Assembly (NCBI GenBank): GCA_030646995.1
Contig: JAUSKF010000006.1
Span: 8,624 to 72,623, forward strand
Direction: 5' to 3'
DNA: 64,000 nucleotides
Origin: a bacterium
GTDB taxonomy: Bacteria > Patescibacteriota > Minisyncoccia > UBA6257 > WO2-44-18
The notes under the pieces are model-generated. The model ran no database searches, was not told the DNA's origin, and worked only from the letters and a program-made list of their open reading frames with translations. A program made the translations under genes and the position numbers. Shown here one piece after another: positions 8,823 to 18,733 of this stretch. Numbering within the stretch: the first letter of the stretch is position 1; each line of letters begins with the position of its first letter.

Positions 8823-8959
8823 TGTCAGCTTGAAACAAAGAAAAGATTGATTTTCGGTCCGTGGTCGATTCTTGCGCGCACTAGCGCGTCGGAAGGAACA
8901 GGAAACGATCTTTTAGTCAGTAATAAAAACAATTAAGTTAAAGGTAAAATAAATTAAAC

Positions 8960-11900
8960 ATGGGAAATATAACAAAGAAATTTGCTTCGATTGCCATTTC
9001 GGTGGCGACCGTCGCATCACTTTCGGGCTTCTCAATGTTGGTACCTGTCGCTCACGCGCAGACCAGCTTGCAAGCTCAAATCGATGCTTTGTTAGCTCAG
9101 ATTGCTGCGCTACAATCCCAGTTAGCTAGTTCGAGCCCTGTTAGCACCGCCCTCTGCTCTTTCACCCGAGACCTCACCTTGGGAGTAAGAGGAGATGATG
9201 TAATGTGCTTACAGAAATACTTGAATAGCACTGGACATAAAGTATCAACCAGTGGACCAGGTTCCATTGGAAACGAAACATCCTACTTCGGTGCATTGAC
9301 CGCTTCGGCTGTTGCCAAATGGCAGGCCGCTAACGGCGTTGCTCCGGCTGCTGGATATTTTGGACGCATCTCTCGAGCTAAATATGCATCATTGGCTGTC
9401 GTGGCCCCAGCTCCGGCCCCGGCTCCAGTTCCTGGCACTCCGGCCCCAGTTCCTTCTGGTTCTGGATTGACAGTCACATTAGCTTCCGATCAACCGTCCA
9501 ACGGCTTATTCGGCGAATCATTTGCTAGCCGCCCATTCACGAAACTCACGTTGCGTGCTTCGGCTGATGGCGATGTAACCGTTAAAGCTATGGTTGTTGA
9601 AAGGACTGGTCAGGGTAGTGATGCCGCCTTCTCTGGCGTTATCGCTACTGATGAATCAGGTCTCCGTCTTGGTCCGTCCAAAACTTTTGGTTCTGACCAC
9701 AGACTACGCTTGACCGAGAAAGTTGTTGTTAAAGCGGGTCAAACCAGGACCATCGTCTTGGCTGGTGATTCCGATAGCGATCAAAATGACTACAATGGTC
9801 AATTGGTTAGCTTGAGCTTAGTCGGTGTAGAAACCGAAGGAGCTACCGCCGTTAACGCTTCATTCCCGATGACTGGCGCGACTCACACAGTAAATAGCAC
9901 GTTGGCGATCGGTAGCATGACTATCGCTCGCGGCGCTTTCGATCCAGGCTCCGGCTTGACGAAAGAAATCGGAACCGTGGGATATACCTTCTCCGGTTTG
10001 CGGTTGAATGCCGGCACTAACGAAGATGTTTTGGTAAAAGCAATTCAGTGGAACCAATCCGGTTCGGCTGGTTTGGCTGATTTGACCAACGTCAAAGTTG
10101 TGCTTGACGGTACTACTTATGACGTCACCAGCACCGATGGCAAAGACTATGTTGCCAAATTCGGAGCCGGTTTGAAGATTGAAAAAGGTTTGAGCAAGGA
10201 AGTTTACATTAAAGGCGATGTTGCTGGCGGTTCCGCCCGTACCGTTGACTTTGACCTCTTCCGCTACTCTGACATTCAAGTTGTCGGCTTAACCTATGGC
10301 TACGCTTTGTTGCCATCGGGTACAGAAATCGCAGCTGATAACGATGATGACGGCGAAATACAAGACGCCGAGCCTCGTTTTGACGCTTATCAGGTTCACA
10401 TTGGCGCAGGCAGTATCAGCGCTCAAAACGCGCCGACTGTCGGATCCCAGAACGTTGCCGTCAACCTTTCCAACCAGCCTTTGGGTGGTTTGTTGATAGA
10501 CGTTAAGGGTGAAGATGTCACTGTCGCTGCGATGAACTTTGACTTGAGCATCATTGAGTCAACGTCTCAAACCGATGTTGATACCAATGACATCACCAAT
10601 ATCACTTTGGTTGATGAAAACGGAAAGGTAGTTGCGGGTCCGGTTGACGCTGTGGCTGGTGGCAATAATGCTATCCGCTTCTCCGACACCGTTACCTTCA
10701 AGCCTGGCCGTATGGTTTATACCTTGAAAGGTAAAGTCGGAACCGATGTTGGAACCAACGATACAATCGCTGCTTCCACCACTCCAAACTCTGATTGGAC
10801 CACTGTTCGTGGTGTAACCTCCGCGGTAACCATCACCCCAACCCCATCGAGCGCTGTTACTATGAGCACGATGACGGTGAAGGCTGCTTCTTTGAGCATT
10901 ACTTTGTCGTCCGATACCCAGCAGGGCGTTGCTAGCTCTACCGCGCAAACCGTGGTTTCCGGCACCTCTGGATATACGTTCACACAGTATGTGTTAGATG
11001 CTAGCGGTTCTGGTGAAGATCTTCGCATTAATGCTATGCAGTTGTTGTTAACCTTCAGCTCGGCTAACGCCGCTGATGATTTGACCAATTGCCAATTATT
11101 CGATGGCGCTACCGCGTTAAACACCGGAGGCAACATCGTCAATCCGAGCAACAGCGATTCTACCGGTGCAGCTAAGACCTTCAGCTTTGACTCGAGCTTA
11201 ATCGTTGCAAAAGGCACCGTTAAGACCTTGTCTATGAAGTGCAACTTAGTTTCCGGCGCTGCCTCTGGACATTATTGGAATTGGGGTATTGCTGATGCAG
11301 ATGCTTCCATCAACTCCACCGGTATGACCTCAGGTCAAACCGTTGACGGTTCGGATGCAATCACCGCTGATAACGGCCGCATCGTAATTGCCGCGACTTC
11401 CGGAACATTGTCTTTGGTATTGGATGCTTCGAGCCCGTCTCTAAAATGGGCCCAATCCGGTTCCACTGATAACATCTTGGCAGTCTTCCGCTTGAACGCT
11501 ACCAATGAATCGGTTCGCGTAGACACTCTTGGCTTGCAGTTAGCTACTTCTACCAATTCTTCTGCTGTAAACGGTTCCAGCACTCCGAGCGACTTAACTA
11601 AAGTCACTTTGTGGGTTGGCGCCTTGAAAGTTGGTGAAGTTGTCTTCACTGCCAGCGATTATGCTACCGCCACCCTTTCCGGAGTAACTGTTCCGAAAGA
11701 TGGTCAGGTGCTGATTACCGCTAAAGGCGATATCGGCAACATCGGCACTGGTTTGTCGGCTCGTCCGGGCCACTTGGTCAACGTCAATTATGACGCTTCC
11801 AATAGCTCCGATGAATCAAACCTTGGTGCAATTGGTGTAGGTCTTTCTTCCGGCACTACTATTAGCGCTGGTGGATCTGACACTGGTTCCAATGGCGCTA

Positions 11901-12712
11901 GAATCGCTCGGGCTATCCCGACGGTGTCTAAAGAAGCCTTGGCTTCTAACACGTTCTCCAATTCCTCCAATCAGGCACTGTACCGATTTAAGGTTACAGC
12001 TCCGTCTGGTGGTAATGGTGTGAGCTTGTACAAGATGACCTTTGCGATTGCTACTAGCACCCTTAGCTCTCAAGAGACTGATGGTCAAAAAGTAGCTTCG
12101 ACTTATAGGGTGACCAACTTCGATCTGTATTGCTATGAGAATGCAGCTTTCTCGGTTGCTTCTTGCAATACGTTTGATAACTCTGGTCTCTTGAACCAGG
12201 GAGGTTTGGCCAATGCTTCGCACGACAAGTTGGGTCTTAACAACACCAATGAAGGTGCATATAGCTCCTCTTCCCCGAGCGTTAGCGTTCGCTTCAACCC
12301 GACTGACACTACACAGGGTTCTACTGCTGAAGCTATTAGATTGGCTGCTGGTGAAACCAAATACTTCGTCTTACAGGCGGACGTAACTGGTGGAACCAAC
12401 ACCCCGTCTATCACTGTTAGAATGGATGGCGATGCAACTTTCGCTTCGCTGAACGATTCTACTGACTTCGGCGCGGATGCAACTGGTGAAGATAAAGACT
12501 TCACCAATGGTCACGACAACTGGTCCACGGGTCGTTATGTCTTCGCAACCACGGCTTCTATTGTGGATGCGTGGGATAATGATGACTTCATCTGGTCCGG
12601 TAACTCTACCAACACCTCGCAGGGCATTTCGTCTTACGATTGGTTCAACGGATTCTTAGTTCCGGGCCTGTCTAACTCCGACAACGGCGCCACCGAAGTG
12701 TTAACTCTCTAA
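8960..12712 (+). CDS. Large secreted surface (S-layer-like) protein with N-terminal peptidoglycan-binding-like domain
   Basis: Signal peptide ending AHA; amphipathic helix LQAQIDALLAQIAALQ; FTRDLTLGVRGDDVMCLQKYLN...YFGALTASAVAKWQ (PG_binding_1-like); AP linker; about 1080 aa of S/T/G/A/D-rich beta-type sequence; long upstream region and strong terminator. Confidence 0.8.
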   Translation: MGNITKKFASIAISVATVASLSGFSMLVPVAHAQTSLQAQIDALLAQIAALQSQLASSSPVSTALCSFTRDLTLGVRGDDVMCLQKYLNSTGHKVSTSGPGSIGNETSYFGALTASAVAKWQAANGVAPAAGYFGRISRAKYASLAVVAPAPAPAPVPGTPAPVPSGSGLTVTLASDQPSNGLFGESFASRPFTKLTLRASADGDVTVKAMVVERTGQGSDAAFSGVIATDESGLRLGPSKTFGSDHRLRLTEKVVVKAGQTRTIVLAGDSDSDQNDYNGQLVSLSLVGVETEGATAVNASFPMTGATHTVNSTLAIGSMTIARGAFDPGSGLTKEIGTVGYTFSGLRLNAGTNEDVLVKAIQWNQSGSAGLADLTNVKVVLDGTTYDVTSTDGKDYVAKFGAGLKIEKGLSKEVYIKGDVAGGSARTVDFDLFRYSDIQVVGLTYGYALLPSGTEIAADNDDDGEIQDAEPRFDAYQVHIGAGSISAQNAPTVGSQNVAVNLSNQPLGGLLIDVKGEDVTVAAMNFDLSIIESTSQTDVDTNDITNITLVDENGKVVAGPVDAVAGGNNAIRFSDTVTFKPGRMVYTLKGKVGTDVGTNDTIAASTTPNSDWTTVRGVTSAVTITPTPSSAVTMSTMTVKAASLSITLSSDTQQGVASSTAQTVVSGTSGYTFTQYVLDASGSGEDLRINAMQLLLTFSSANAADDLTNCQLFDGATALNTGGNIVNPSNSDSTGAAKTFSFDSSLIVAKGTVKTLSMKCNLVSGAASGHYWNWGIADADASINSTGMTSGQTVDGSDAITADNGRIVIAATSGTLSLVLDASSPSLKWAQSGSTDNILAVFRLNATNESVRVDTLGLQLATSTNSSAVNGSSTPSDLTKVTLWVGALKVGEVVFTASDYATATLSGVTVPKDGQVLITAKGDIGNIGTGLSARPGHLVNVNYDASNSSDESNLGAIGVGLSSGTTISAGGSDTGSNGARIARAIPTVSKEALASNTFSNSSNQALYRFKVTAPSGGNGVSLYKMTFAIATSTLSSQETDGQKVASTYRVTNFDLYCYENAAFSVASCNTFDNSGLLNQGGLANASHDKLGLNNTNEGAYSSSSPSVSVRFNPTDTTQGSTAEAIRLAAGETKYFVLQADVTGGTNTPSITVRMDGDATFASLNDSTDFGADATGEDKDFTNGHDNWSTGRYVFATTASIVDAWDNDDFIWSGNSTNTSQGISSYDWFNGFLVPGLSNSDNGATEVLTL

Positions 12713-12735
12713 CGGGACTTGAGACCCGCTTAGTG

Positions 12736-12767
12736 AATCAAAACCCCCCGCAAGGGGGGTTTTGATT
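12736..12767 (+). terminator. Strong intrinsic terminator
   Basis: 14-bp perfect stem AATCAAAACCCCCC / GGGGGGTTTTGATT with GCAA tetraloop. Confidence 0.92.
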
Positions 12768-12780
12768 TGGGGAAGAAGGG

Positions 12781-12809
12781 TTGGAAATTAGATTAAAATC
12801 TGTTAGAAT
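12781..12809 (+). promoter_or_regulatory. Putative sigma70 promoter of the TPR gene
   Basis: TTGGAA, 17 nt, TAGAAT with extended -10 TG at 12801-12802. Confidence 0.5.
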
Positions 12810-12826
12810 TCCAGTAATCTAAGATC

Positions 12827-13621
12827 ATGAAGAAAATCTTATTAACTTTAGGAGGACTAGTTGTAATCGGTGCGTCTACCGCCGTTTTTTATTCTAATTA
12901 TTACAAACCGAAAGGCGATGTGGTTACTCCGACGCAAGGTCAGAGCGATGACGGCATCGTTCTAGCAACCAGCTCTCCAGAAAAGCCGGCCGAGAAGCCG
13001 ATTGTTATTGATAGTACTCCGAAGTACAAAGGGCAGGATTTAAATTTTTTGGCTTCCCCAAAAGAGCTTTCCGGTTATCCGAAAGAATTCGTGGAGGCGC
13101 AGCAAAAGAAATTACTCGGAATTATTAAGTTGGTGAATGAAAACCCTAAAGATGAGACTAACTGGATAGACGTCGGGTTGGTGAAAAAAGTTTTTAATAA
13201 TTATATCGGCGCTCGTGATGTTTGGGAATATGCCAAACTGCTAAATCCGAATGCCTCAATGTCTTACAGTAATCTTGGCAAGCTTTATTCGGGATATTTA
13301 TCAGATAATAAAAAAGCGGAAGAAAATTTTTTGGCCGCCTTGAAACTAGACCCCGGAATAAGCGATGGCTATCTCGCTTTAGCCGAGTTTTACCGTGATT
13401 TTTATAAGGAAAAATTTGACCAAGTGGATGACGTTTTGCTCGCAGGAATTAAGGTTGTGCCATTGGATCTCAATTTGCATCTCCAGCTGGCCTTTTACTA
13501 TAAAAACATCGGAGATAAAGAAAATGCGATAAAGTATTTTGAGAAGTTTTTGAAGCTTCCTGACCTGACCGGAGCTCAACAAAAAGCCATTGAAGAAGAA
13601 GTGGTTGCTCTTAAGAGTTAA
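12827..13621 (+). CDS. Membrane-anchored TPR-repeat protein
   Basis: N-terminal hydrophobic anchor; TPR-like helices (SYSNLGKLY...KAEENFLAALKLDP, LAFYYKNIGDKENAIKYFEKFL). Confidence 0.85.
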   Translation: MKKILLTLGGLVVIGASTAVFYSNYYKPKGDVVTPTQGQSDDGIVLATSSPEKPAEKPIVIDSTPKYKGQDLNFLASPKELSGYPKEFVEAQQKKLLGIIKLVNENPKDETNWIDVGLVKKVFNNYIGARDVWEYAKLLNPNASMSYSNLGKLYSGYLSDNKKAEENFLAALKLDPGISDGYLALAEFYRDFYKEKFDQVDDVLLAGIKVVPLDLNLHLQLAFYYKNIGDKENAIKYFEKFLKLPDLTGAQQKAIEEEVVALKS

Positions 13622-14738
13622 GATAGATCTTTTCTGTAGCGGCCACCATCAACTCTAAGTTTAGAGATTCTTTCAGGAAGGTATTCCCCTTTTGCGCTAA
13701 TTGCTCCGCCACCTCTTTATTGTTGATTAGGTGCTCGATGGCTCGGGCCAATTCGCCTGGCATATTGGGTTGCATCACCAGGCCGCGATCTGTGGCTATC
13801 TCGGTCATACCGCCTACTCGCGTGGTGATTACCGGCAGTCCGGCGGCCATAGCCTCAAGGAGGGTGTAGGGCAGACCTTCTTTGATTGACGACAGTAGGA
13901 AGATATCGAAGGCTTTCATATATGGCGCGGCCGGAGCAACGCCATTGACGATGTAGAATTTATTTTCCAGGCCCAGTTTTTTTATTCTGGAGAGCAAGCG
14001 GTCTTTCAGTGGCCCGTCGCCGATTATAAAAAATTGTACATTTTCGTTTTTTACTAAAGCAGCGGCATCAACGAAGTCGCGGTAGCTTTTTTCTATGACT
14101 AGCCGGCCGATTGAGCCGACCCAAATTGAGTTTGTGAGTTGATGAGTTGATAGGTTTAATCCGGCCAGAGTTGTCAGCGCCTTGCGGGAGGTTTTTTTAT
14201 CAAAAAATTTAAGGTTTTCCCAGTCCAAGCCATTATAAATGGTCACCAGTTTATTTAATGGAGCAATCTTATTTTGGATCGCCAAGCTTCTGTCATATTC
14301 GGATACGTTGATTATGACATCCTGATACCGGGCGGCCATTCTATGTATTAAAGTGAAAAGCTTTCTTTTTAAGTACCCCAAGGAGTTATCCGGATTAAAA
14401 ACCCATCCATGAGCGGTAAATACTACTTTGGGGACGCCGCTTAGTTTGGCGGCGATTGCTCCCACCACGCCGGCCTTTGAGCTGTTGAGGTGTACTACAT
14501 CCGGCTTTTCTTTTTTGAAGAAAAAGAACAATTCCGCAATTGCCAGCCAGTCATTGATGAATAAAAGGTGCGGCCAAAAAGAATTGGAGAGGAAGAAAAT
14601 CCCCTTTTTCCCTCCGGTAACTACCCTCACCTCAAATTTATCTTTATTTAAGTTGTCGGCGAGATCTTGGACGTATTTTTGCGCTCCGCCAACGTCTTCT
14701 TTGGTGATTAAATATAATACTTTCGTTCTCATATTCAC
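13611..14738 (-). CDS. Glycosyltransferase family 4
   Basis: GGAQKY, VHLNSSKAG, FTAHGW, EGLPYTLLEAMAAG. Confidence 0.92.
   Translation of the reverse strand: MNMRTKVLYLITKEDVGGAQKYVQDLADNLNKDKFEVRVVTGGKKGIFFLSNSFWPHLLFINDWLAIAELFFFFKKEKPDVVHLNSSKAGVVGAIAAKLSGVPKVVFTAHGWVFNPDNSLGYLKRKLFTLIHRMAARYQDVIINVSEYDRSLAIQNKIAPLNKLVTIYNGLDWENLKFFDKKTSRKALTTLAGLNLSTHQLTNSIWVGSIGRLVIEKSYRDFVDAAALVKNENVQFFIIGDGPLKDRLLSRIKKLGLENKFYIVNGVAPAAPYMKAFDIFLLSSIKEGLPYTLLEAMAAGLPVITTRVGGMTEIATDRGLVMQPNMPGELARAIEHLINNKEVAEQLAQKGNTFLKESLNLELMVAATEKIYLNS
14127..14158. repeat. Degenerate octamer tract x4 inside the GT4 gene
   Basis: tgagtttg tgagttga tgagttga taggttta; encodes LNLSTHQLTNS on the minus strand. Confidence 0.75.
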
Positions 14739-14776
14739 TCTTTAATTTTACCAATTTATAAGATAATATAAGACCA

Positions 14777-17032
14777 ATGTCAAAGCCCTGCGTTGCCGTC
14801 TTCAGTTTAGCTTACCACCCTTTTGTGGGGGGCGCGGAAATAGCAGTCAAGGAGATTATTTCCCGTAACCCTGCCAGTGACTTTGTGATTCTCACAAAGA
14901 AGTTTGATCGAGCTTGGCCGTCGGCGGAGTCCTCCGATAATTGCTCTATTTTGCGTCTTGGGCGGGGCGAAATTTCACCCCGCAGTTATTATGGCGGATT
15001 TTTCGGTAAGATTTTTTATATTTTCCAAGCGGTTCGAGTTGCCGAAAAGATTCACCGCTCCCAGCCATTTTCGGCTATTTGGGGAATGATGGCTTCCTAT
15101 GCCGGCATTGCCGCTTTAATATTTAAGTTGCGACACCCAAGCGTGCCCTTTTTGCTTACTTTGCAGGAAGGCGACTCCGAAGCGCATATTTTGAGAAAAG
15201 TAGGAATTTTTTATCCATTTTGGAGAAAGATATTTAAAAAGGCGGATAGCATACAAGTTATAAGTAGGTATTTGGCGAATTTTGCTAGGCGCCACGGAGC
15301 TATTTGCCCGATTGAGGTGATCCCGAACGGAGTGGATTTGTCTGATTATGGGACCGATAGGACTTATGAGTCTTATAAGACCAATACATCTAATGAGCCT
15401 TATGTGATCATCACCACTTCCCGATTAGTTCATAAGAACGGAGTAGATATTTTGATTGCTTCGTTGCCGTTGCTACATACTACTAACTACAAGCTACTAA
15501 TTTTAGGCGACGGCCCGGATAAAGAAAAATTAAAGGACCTGGCCATTCAGTTGGGTGTTTCCGATAAGATAGAGTTCCTTGGCCACGTCGAACCCGATCT
15601 CATTCCTTCCTACTTGCTACAAGCTACTATCTTCGTCCGCGCCTCTCGCTCGGAGGGCTTGGGAAACTCATTTCTTGAGGCGATGGCCGCCGGGTTGCCT
15701 GTAATTGGAACTCCGGTCGGCGGCATCCCGGATTTTTTGAAGGATGGAGAAACGGGCATTTTCTGCCGAGTGGACGATCCGAAGGATTTAGCGAGAAAGA
15801 TCAACCTCTTGATAGAGAATAAGGATTTATACAAAAAGATTTCGGAGTCGGGGCGGGTTTTGGTCGCCAAAAATTATTCTTGGGATGAAATATCTTCAAA
15901 AATGAGCTTAATTTTCCAATCCCTTAATACTAAATACTTGCTACTTACTACTCGTTTGTTGATTGCGACTGGAATATACCCCCCGGACATCGGAGGGCCG
16001 GCGACCTATACGGTGCTTATGGAGAAAGAGCTGCCAAAGCGTGGCTTTGCAGTGGATCATTTGGCCTTCACGGATTATCGGAAGAAGCCCAAGGTAATTC
16101 GCCATTTCCTATATTTATGGGATTGCTGGAGGAAGGCGAAAAATTTTGATGCGATTTACGCGCAAGATCCGGTAAGTGTTGGCTTGCCTGCGTTAATCGC
16201 CGCCCGACTTCGCGGCAAAAAGTTTTTCATCCGCGTCGCCGGAGATTATGCTTGGGAGCAATCGGCCCAGCGTTTTGGCGTAAAAGAGACGATAGACGAG
16301 TTCCAAAATAAGAAATATGGCTTCCGGGTCGGAGTGTTGCGGGCAATCCAGCGCTTTGTTGTTGGTCGCGCTGATTTAGTTATTACGCCGAGCAATTATT
16401 TCAGGAAACTTGTCGGCGGCTGGATAAAAAATCCGGAGAAAGTAAAAACTATCTATAACGGAATTGAGCTAGAAAGAATTCAGAAAACAAATCTACAAAA
16501 CTCGAACGCCAAACTTATTGCTTCCACCGGACGCCTAGTCCCCTGGAAGGGCTTTGATGTATTAATAGAATTGATGAAAGAAGAGGATCTAAAAGATTGG
16601 TCCCTTCGAATATACGGCGATGGCCCGGACAAACAAAAACTGCAGAATCTGATATCCAAAAATGATCTTCAAGACAGAGTTTTATTAGTAGGGGCGCAGG
16701 ATAGAAAAACTTTACTTAGCGATGCCGAAGCCGCCTCAATATTTGTGTTGAATACCACTTTCGAGAGTTTTTCTTTTCAGGTCGTTGAAGAGATGTATCG
16801 AGGTGTTCCCGTTGTTACTACCAATATTGGCAGCCTGCCTGAATTGATTGAAAACAATAAAGAGGGCATATTGGTTGAGCCAAACAATAAGGGTCAGATA
16901 TTGGATGCTATAAAGAAAATTTCCCAAGATGAAGCTTTTCGGGAATTGATTGTTAAAAATGCCCAGGAGAAAGCCCAACAATTTTCTATAACCAGAACTG
17001 TCGATAATCTAGTAAAATTAATAAGCAATTAA
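14777..17032 (+). CDS. Tandem GT4-GT4 glycosyltransferase fusion
   Basis: Two GT-B units: GGAE...EGLGNSFLEAMAAG and YPPDIGGPATY...ESFSFQVVEEM. Confidence 0.9.
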   Translation: MSKPCVAVFSLAYHPFVGGAEIAVKEIISRNPASDFVILTKKFDRAWPSAESSDNCSILRLGRGEISPRSYYGGFFGKIFYIFQAVRVAEKIHRSQPFSAIWGMMASYAGIAALIFKLRHPSVPFLLTLQEGDSEAHILRKVGIFYPFWRKIFKKADSIQVISRYLANFARRHGAICPIEVIPNGVDLSDYGTDRTYESYKTNTSNEPYVIITTSRLVHKNGVDILIASLPLLHTTNYKLLILGDGPDKEKLKDLAIQLGVSDKIEFLGHVEPDLIPSYLLQATIFVRASRSEGLGNSFLEAMAAGLPVIGTPVGGIPDFLKDGETGIFCRVDDPKDLARKINLLIENKDLYKKISESGRVLVAKNYSWDEISSKMSLIFQSLNTKYLLLTTRLLIATGIYPPDIGGPATYTVLMEKELPKRGFAVDHLAFTDYRKKPKVIRHFLYLWDCWRKAKNFDAIYAQDPVSVGLPALIAARLRGKKFFIRVAGDYAWEQSAQRFGVKETIDEFQNKKYGFRVGVLRAIQRFVVGRADLVITPSNYFRKLVGGWIKNPEKVKTIYNGIELERIQKTNLQNSNAKLIASTGRLVPWKGFDVLIELMKEEDLKDWSLRIYGDGPDKQKLQNLISKNDLQDRVLLVGAQDRKTLLSDAEAASIFVLNTTFESFSFQVVEEMYRGVPVVTTNIGSLPELIENNKEGILVEPNNKGQILDAIKKISQDEAFRELIVKNAQEKAQQFSITRTVDNLVKLISN
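15349..15402. repeat. Degenerate nonamer tract x6 inside the GT4 fusion gene
   Basis: tgggaccga taggactta tgagtctta taagaccaa tacatctaa tgagcctta. Confidence 0.7.
15473..15500. repeat. Heptamer tract (CTACNNN)x4 inside the GT4 fusion gene
   Basis: ctacata ctactaa ctacaag ctactaa. Confidence 0.8.
15610..15630. repeat. Heptamer tract (CTACNNN)x3 inside the GT4 fusion gene
   Basis: ctacttg ctacaag ctactat. Confidence 0.7.
15927..15954. repeat. Heptamer tract (MTACTNN)x4 at the GT4-GT4 junction
   Basis: atactaa atacttg ctactta ctactcg. Confidence 0.75.
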
Positions 17033-17034
17033 AT

Positions 17035-17673
17035 ATGGATGTACAAGTAAATAAAACTCATTACTTCCGCAAAAAATACGACGACCTTGATCGGTTTATT
17101 TCCTATTTCTATCAGGTCGATCTATCGCAGGAAGCGATCAGTAAAGAAGCGAAGGTTTTGGAGATTGGAAAAGGAAACGGGTTTTATTCTGACTATATGA
17201 AAAAACTCGGGTATCAGGTTTCGACCTGTGATTTTGATAAGGATCTTAGCCCAGATGTGGTGGCCGATATCCGCAAACTTCCTTTCCCGGATAACAGTTT
17301 TGATCTGGTGACGGCGTTTGAGGTTCTTGAGCATCTTCCTTTTGAGGACGTTGAGGTCGCATTAGCTGAATTAAAAAGAGTTTCCAGCGGCAAGGTTCTT
17401 ATTTCTGTTCCATATAAATCTACTTATTTTGAGATGGTTTTAAAGTTTCCCTTTGTTCGCACGATTCTTCGCCGGATGTTTTTGGATATACACTTCCGGA
17501 TTCCGCTGGTTTTCGGCGGCATCAAGGTTTCCGGCCAGCATTATTGGGAAGTAGATTTGTTTAAAACCCCTTTGCGAAAAGTTCGGAAGGTAATCCGGAA
17601 ATTCTTTGCGATTGAGAAAGAGGTCAGCCCGGTGCTGGATCATTATCACCGATTCTTCGTTCTGAAAAAATAA
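17035..17673 (+). CDS. Class I SAM-dependent methyltransferase
   Basis: VLEIGKGNG; LPFPDNSFDLVTAFEVLEHL. Confidence 0.9.
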   Translation: MDVQVNKTHYFRKKYDDLDRFISYFYQVDLSQEAISKEAKVLEIGKGNGFYSDYMKKLGYQVSTCDFDKDLSPDVVADIRKLPFPDNSFDLVTAFEVLEHLPFEDVEVALAELKRVSSGKVLISVPYKSTYFEMVLKFPFVRTILRRMFLDIHFRIPLVFGGIKVSGQHYWEVDLFKTPLRKVRKVIRKFFAIEKEVSPVLDHYHRFFVLKK

Positions 17674-18731
17674 TGAAGGTTTTACTACTATCAACCGATA
17701 GTCAGATATTCAACGAAGCGAGCCAAGTGCGCGCTCGAATTTTAGAATACGGGAAATTGTTTGAGGAGTTGCATGTCATCGTTTACACAAAACCAGGGTA
17801 TAAAGAAAAAATAATCGGCAATGTTCATCTCTGGCCAACGAATAATAAATTCCGGGTGGGATACCAAAGAGCCGTGTTCGGCTATGTTCGCAAAAATTGC
17901 AAAAAGGGCAGTGATTGGACCGTTTCGTCGCAGGACCCTTTTGAGGCGGGTTGGGTGGGATATAAGTTAAAATCTTTTTTAGGGGCCCATTTCCAGATCC
18001 AGATTCATACGGATTTTTTAAGCCCATTTTTTGCCAAGGAGTCCTGGAGGCATCGTACCCGGGTTTTATTGGCGAAGTGGCTGGTTAAAAAGGCAGACCG
18101 AATCCGGGTAGTTTCAGAACGTATTAAAAAATCTTTAATTGCCTTGGACGCCGATTTAGAAAGGAAAATTGTAGTCCTGCCTATTTTTGTGGACAGGGAA
18201 GTTTTTCATTTAGCTATCTCCGAGAGCCGAGAAATAAATGTCGTTGGTCCGGATGACGTCTTGGTGCTGACCGTGGCGCGGAAAGGCCCGGAAAAGAATA
18301 TAGATTTAGCAAATAGTATAATTGGGGAGCTAAAGAGCAGAGGCAACAAAGTGAAGTGGCTTCATATTGGATATAAAGCCAGCGACAAGGAGCCTGAGTG
18401 GCTCGTTCAATTTATAGAAAATCCGAAATCCATAGCTTCCTTCTATAAAATGGCCGACCTGTTTTTATTGACCTCAAATTACGAAGGGTACGGAATGGCC
18501 GCCGTTGAAGCAGCGGCTGCGGGCGTACCGGTAGTAATGACTGATGTTGGCGTAGCTTTGGGCGCAACATTTCCCGTTGGCGACAAAGAAAGAGCGGTCG
18601 CGATAATTGAGGAATTAATTCAGAGCCCGGAGAAGCGACGGCAATTAGTGGAAAAACAAAACGAATTTTTCAAGAATTGGCCGACCAAGGAGCAATACTT
18701 GGAGCAATTTAAAAAAAGTCTAACTTTTTAA
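17673..18731 (+). CDS. Glycosyltransferase family 4
   Basis: QDPFEAG; EGYGMAAVEAAAAGVPVV. Confidence 0.88.
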   Translation: MKVLLLSTDSQIFNEASQVRARILEYGKLFEELHVIVYTKPGYKEKIIGNVHLWPTNNKFRVGYQRAVFGYVRKNCKKGSDWTVSSQDPFEAGWVGYKLKSFLGAHFQIQIHTDFLSPFFAKESWRHRTRVLLAKWLVKKADRIRVVSERIKKSLIALDADLERKIVVLPIFVDREVFHLAISESREINVVGPDDVLVLTVARKGPEKNIDLANSIIGELKSRGNKVKWLHIGYKASDKEPEWLVQFIENPKSIASFYKMADLFLLTSNYEGYGMAAVEAAAAGVPVVMTDVGVALGATFPVGDKERAVAIIEELIQSPEKRRQLVEKQNEFFKNWPTKEQYLEQFKKSLTF

Positions 18732-18733
18732 AC

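Noticed and set aside
9405-9450. GCTCCGGCCCCG-like repeats in the surface-protein gene
   Set aside because: They encode an Ala-Pro linker with synonymous variation, so this is a protein-level repeat.
8960-12712. About 19 N-x-S/T sequons as evidence of N-glycosylation
   Set aside because: The protein is so rich in Asn, Ser and Thr that a similar number is expected by chance; enrichment was not shown.
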